Source of the DNA: Carcharhinus amblyrhynchos
Taxonomy: Eukaryota
Assembly: GCA_965287045.1 (NCBI GenBank)
Contig: OZ336888.1
Span: 13,082,001 to 13,146,000 of the forward strand
Length of the DNA: 64,000 nt
Direction of reading: 5' to 3'
Shown here: positions 59,801-64,000 of the stretch, piece by piece
Position numbering within the stretch: position 1 is the first letter of the stretch
How the letters are laid out: the number at the start of each line of letters is the position of its first letter
Position numbers and translations under genes: made by a program
Notes under the pieces: generated by a model
Told to the model about the DNA's origin: nothing
Seen by the model: the letters and a program-made list of their open reading frames with translations, nothing else
Database searches by the model: none

Positions 59801-60477
59801 GTAAGATATCTTTTCAGCCGTTAATTTTCATGAACCGTCTCATGAGATCACCCAACTTTGGCAGCACCTTTGTGTAACTTGGTTGGGGCGGGGTGGGGGG
59901 GATGGGGTTGGTCATGGGGATGTAGACACCAACTAAAGCCTTGGACAATCCCCCCCACCCCCATGAACAGGGGTCAATGTTTGCGCCAAATATAAAAGTG
60001 AAGTGTCGGCCTGAGTGTGGGTGGTCGCCATTTTGAAACGTCATTTGCTTCCAATGCGAGGAGTGTGGAGTATTTTAAATTCCCACGCACTTCCACAGCT
60101 CAGTTTTATTGCCTGCTTGACCCCTTATGCCCAGGAATAAGTCACATCTGATCCCTTCAGGTTCTCACTTCTGGGAAAGTATGCTTGATTATTAAAATAT
60201 CGAATTATTGGAAAACATATTGGAACTGTCAATGAGATGACTACATATTTCTGAATCAATCCTGATATATGAAACACTAGCTGCTGAGAGAAATGTGCTG
60301 CAGAGTGACCAATGTTCTTCAAGCATTATTCTCACTTGTTGGGCTGTTTTATTGATCTTTTAACTTTGATCCTCATCCAGTTTATTATCAACAAATGAGG
60401 GAAAAGTTTATAACTGCCATTTCTGATATTGTTTCGAGACGTTTCTTGCAGCCAGATGATCTCCCAAAAGCAAATTC

Positions 60478-60790
60478 ACGGTGGCACAGTGGTTAGCACT
60501 ACTGCCTCTCAGCGCCAGGGGCCTGGATTCAATTCCGGCCTCGGGTCACTGTCCGTGTGGAGTTTGCATGTCCTCCCTGTGTCTGTGTGGGTTTCCTCCA
60601 GGTGCTCCAGTTTCCTCCCACATGCCAAAGATGTGCGGGTTAGGTAAATCGGCCATTCTAAGTTGCCCCTTCGTGACAGGGGATTAGCAGAATAAATACC
60701 TAAGGGTACGGGGATAGGGCCTGGGTGGGACTGTTGCTGGCGCAGGCTTGATGGGCCGAATGGCTACCTTTTGCACTGTAGGAATTCTAT
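60478..60790 (+). mobile_element. V-SINE with CR1-type tail
   Basis: CACGGTGGCACAGTGGTTAGCACTACTGCCTC...TGCACTGTAGGAATTCTAT. Confidence 0.87.
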
Positions 60791-61199
60791 ACTGCAATGA
60801 AAGCTACCTATTTCACTTTAATACAGAACAAATGCTAAGGCACCTTTAAAAAACAGACGCCCTTTAAAATAATGCCCTCAACAGTGAGAGGAACGGGAGA
60901 CAAACCAAAATGTCAACAGACTATTTAAATAGGACACACATTGAAGAAGTGAAGAGAAATTGGTTTCAATAAATTTTAGGAAATGACATCGCAATAAAAC
61001 ACGGTTTAAATTACCTGAAGAGACATGTTTCAAAGCCTCACTTTGGTACAACAATGGTTGTAACATGGCAACGGTCCAGATAAATCTATCTGACAGTCCT
61101 GCACCAAATCTACACACACATCCATATACAAAGACTTAGTATATCAGTAACTGAACACATTGATACAGTTAAAGGATTTTAGGGGTAGATTTTGTGGAG

Positions 61200-61570
61200 G
61201 AGATGGCGGTACAGTGTTAATGTCACTCCACTAACAATCCAGAGGGCTGGCCTAATGCTCCAGGGACTGGGGTTCAAATCTAACCACGGCAGCGAGTGGA
61301 ATTTAAATTCAGTTCATAAATCTTGAATATTAAGCTAGTCTCAGTAATGGTATTCATAATAGCTATGATCAATTGTTGTCAAAGCCAGTCTGGTTCACTG
61401 ATGTCCTTTAGGGGAAGGGCATCCTTACCTGGTCTGGCCTACATGTAACTCCAGACCCATGGCAATGTGACTGAGTCTCAACAGCGCTTGCTTAAAGGAT
61501 AATAATCAGGGATGGACGACAGATGCTGGCCTTGCCAATGACATCCATATCCCATGAAAGAATAAAGAGA
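61200..61570 (+). mobile_element. tRNA-derived SINE (second family, L2-type tail), full length
   Basis: GGGTTCAAATC B box; TGATGTCCTTTAGGGGAAGG core; GCTGGCCTTGCCAATGACATCCATATCCCATGAA tail. Confidence 0.78.
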
Positions 61571-61784
61571 AATTAATACCCTGTACACAGTGTTTAGTGC
61601 AATAAGGGTACAAATTGCCAACTCAGGCCATTGTGCTCTATTCAGAACCTAAATAATTGCTTTTCCCCCTTTACAGAGTGGAATGTTAAAGGATTATCAT
61701 TACAGATGTTTTATAATTAGCTGCTTTGGTTTGATTCATACCAACAAAATCTCAAATACAATTAGCATAGATCTGAAAAGGATG

Positions 61785-63590
61785 GAACATGTCTTCGTGA
61801 GTTCTACCTCAGTGAATTCTGGGCTTGACATGATGTTGAACTCTTCTTTCATCTCCGTGCCCACTTCTTTGGGCAAAAGTCTTCCCCCCCATTCCACAGA
61901 TCCATTCATGTGCCTCCAACATTCTGCCTCCAACTGGACACCCCCGCCGGGACAATTACCTGACCTCGATCTTTTCATTGGGAGCTGTTGACGAGACATT
62001 GGCCTTCTTAATTTTTCTCCACCCTCAGCCATTCCAACCTCTCTCCCTCTGAACTTTCTGCTCTTTGCTCCCTCAGGTCCAACCCTGACATTGTCATCAA
62101 ACCTGCCGACAAAGGGGGGCGCTGTTGTCATCTGGCATACTGACCGCTACCTCGCAGAGGCTGAGGGCCAACTCTCAGATACTTCCTCCTACTTCTCCCT
62201 GGACCTTGGCCACACCTTTGAACATCAAGCCATTATCTCTAACACCGTCACCCAACTCATTTCCTCCAATGCCTTCTGCCCACAGCTTCAAATCTCATAG
62301 TCTCCCAACCCCGGACAGCCTGCTTCTACCAACTTCCCAAAATCCACAAAAAGGACTGTCTGGTAGGTGTCAGCATGCTCTTGCCCACCGAACTTATTAC
62401 CTCTTACCTTGACTCCATCCTCACTCCCCTGGTCCATTCCCTCCCCACCTACATCCGGGATTCCTCCAGCTTCCAGTTCACAGGCCCTAACTGCCTCCTA
62501 TAACCATGGATGTGCAATCTCTTTACAGCTCCATACCATGCCAGAACGGCTTGAGAACTCTTCACTTCTTTCTTGAAAAGAAGCCTAAACAATTCCCATC
62601 CACCACCACTCTCCTCCGGCTGGCTGAACTCATTCCATCTCTCGACCACTTCTCCTTTAACTCATTCCACTTTCTCCAAATCCAAGGTGTAGCAATGGGT
62701 ACCTGCGTGGGTACTAGCTACACTTGTCTTTTTATGGGCTTATTCCAGGCCTAACAGGTCCCCTTCCACAACTCCTTTACCGATATATCGATGACTATTT
62801 TGGTGCTGTTTCATTCTCTCATCCAGACCTGGAAACATTCATCAACTTTACTTCCAGTTTCCACCCCTCCATCGCCTTCACCTGGCCCATCTCAGGCGTT
62901 TCAGACACTTTGGCCATTCACACCTTGGATTCTCCCTATGAACATAAGAACATAAGAACATAAGAAATAGGAGCAGGAGTAGGCCATCTGGCCCTTCGAG
63001 CCTGCCCCGCCATTCAATAAGATCATGGCTGATCTGTCGTGGCTCAGTTCCACTTTCCCGCCCTCTCCCCATAACCCTTAATCCCCTCTCTTATCAAAAA
63101 CCCATCAACCCGCTTCTTAAAAATATTTAGCGAGGCAGCCTCCACCACTTCAACGGGCAGAGAATTCCAGAGATTCACCACCCTTTGAGTGAAGAAGTTC
63201 CTCCTCAACTCCGTTCTGAACCGCCCCCCCTTTATCTTGAGGCTGTGCCCCCTAGTCCTACTGTCTTTTTTGAGCGGGAAGAGTCTTTCCACCTCTATCC
63301 TATCCATCCCATTCATCATCTTATACGTCTCAATGAGATCTCCCCTCATTCTTCTAAACTCTAACGAGTACAAGCCTAGTTTATTCAGCCTCTGGACTGC
63401 AATTAGCAGCCTTTCCCCTGGTTTTTGCAGCTATGACTCATTTTTTATTCCCTCCCCATGCAATATAAATATCTCCCACTCTCAATGCCTTTTAGCTTTG
63501 ACAAAGGTCATCTGGACTCAACCTCAGCTCTTTTCTCTCCTTACAGATGCTGCCAGACCTGCTGAGATTTTCCAGCATTTTCCCTTTTGA
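61785..63590 (+). mobile_element. Degraded Penelope-like retroelement (RT and terminal repeat) interrupted by CR1
   Basis: Penelope RT motifs across frames: IKPADKGGAVVIW, MDVQSLYSSIP, QGVAMGT, YRYIDD; terminal repeat ~63395-63590 homologous to 785-1097. Confidence 0.88.
62940..63392 (-). mobile_element. Young CR1 3' fragment nested in the Penelope element
   Basis: ORF 63044-63373 near-identical to the C-terminus of 36046-37020; (AAGAACAT)n tail. Confidence 0.93.
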
Positions 63591-63914
63591 TGTCCTAATG
63601 AGTACTGTGAATCAAGCCTTTTACCTGTTATTTTGAATTGAATATAGAGATTAAAATGGCTAATGGGCTCTTTTAATTCTACGACAACAACACATTATTC
63701 ACAAAGACTTGTTCTTTCCTTTTACCCTTACTGGCGTTCCAATTAAATATAAGGTATACGATGATATGTGGTGATTAATGAGAGCAATGGTCACTGCTTA
63801 CAATGTTTACCAGTATCACTAACGGAAAGCAGAATAGGTTTGGGCTTCAGCAGTGATGCTTGAAACAACATTTCTCTGCCGTGTTCAGATCCTGCATTTT
63901 GCTCTTTGTTGCAG

Positions 63915-64000
63915 GGATATATGGCCAAGAAAGAGAAAGGTTCTTGCTGTGGGTTGTGCCTGGCCACAAGGTGCATCATCAGCCTGGCGAATGGGACAGT
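63915..64000 (+). CDS. vwf: VWF exon 48-equivalent, 5' part (C5/C6), cut by window end
   Basis: TTGCAG acceptor; GYMAKKEKGSCCGLCLATRCIISLANGT (human [27 protein letters not shown]). Confidence 0.92.

Larger units (their letters stand above)
1..64000 (+). other. vwf: von Willebrand factor gene, internal segment (exons equivalent to human 24-48); both gene ends lie outside the window
   Basis: 25 exons splice in frame with GT-AG ends. Domain order D3-A1-A2-A3-D4-C1..C6 with RGD in C4. Many exon lengths equal recalled human lengths (157, 144, 178, 221, 193, 103, 75, 105, 150, 41 nt). Confidence 0.98.

Noticed and set aside
3285-60790. tRNA genes at the GGTGGCACAGTGGTTAGCAC heads
   Set aside because: Each continues into a SINE core and tail and lacks a full cloverleaf; these are SINE heads

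Overview
Vertebrate genomic DNA, most likely from a shark or other elasmobranch, judged by HE1-like V-SINEs, CR1/HER1-like LINEs and Penelope remnants. The whole window lies inside one + strand gene, von Willebrand factor (vwf). I traced 25 consecutive exons equivalent to human exons 24 (3' part) to 48 (5' part), with GT-AG boundaries and consistent phases. They cover the D3 C-terminus, A1, A2, A3, D4 and C1-C6, and include the RGD motif. Introns are packed with CR1, Rex1/Babar, L2 and Penelope-like retroelements, V-SINEs, other SINEs, short TIR elements and solo-LTR-like pieces. Most notable points: (i) TSD-flanked, fold-back Penelope-derived mini-elements carrying minimal hammerhead-ribozyme motifs, one with an intact core and one family with a U3-A8 core variant; (ii) a 17-bp minisatellite in intron 39 that keeps exact TTAA phase while flipping orientation four times; (iii) remodelled VWF functional sites: an A2 domain with an alpha4-length loop, short alpha5 region and Phe-Met scissile bond, a furin-type REKR site before A2, and a complete MIDAS signature with an eroded collagen face in A3; (iv) an 81-nt near-perfect intronic hairpin and a candidate in-frame 63-nt cassette exon. 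All human comparisons and residue numbers are from recall, not from a database search. Repeat boundaries are approximate.
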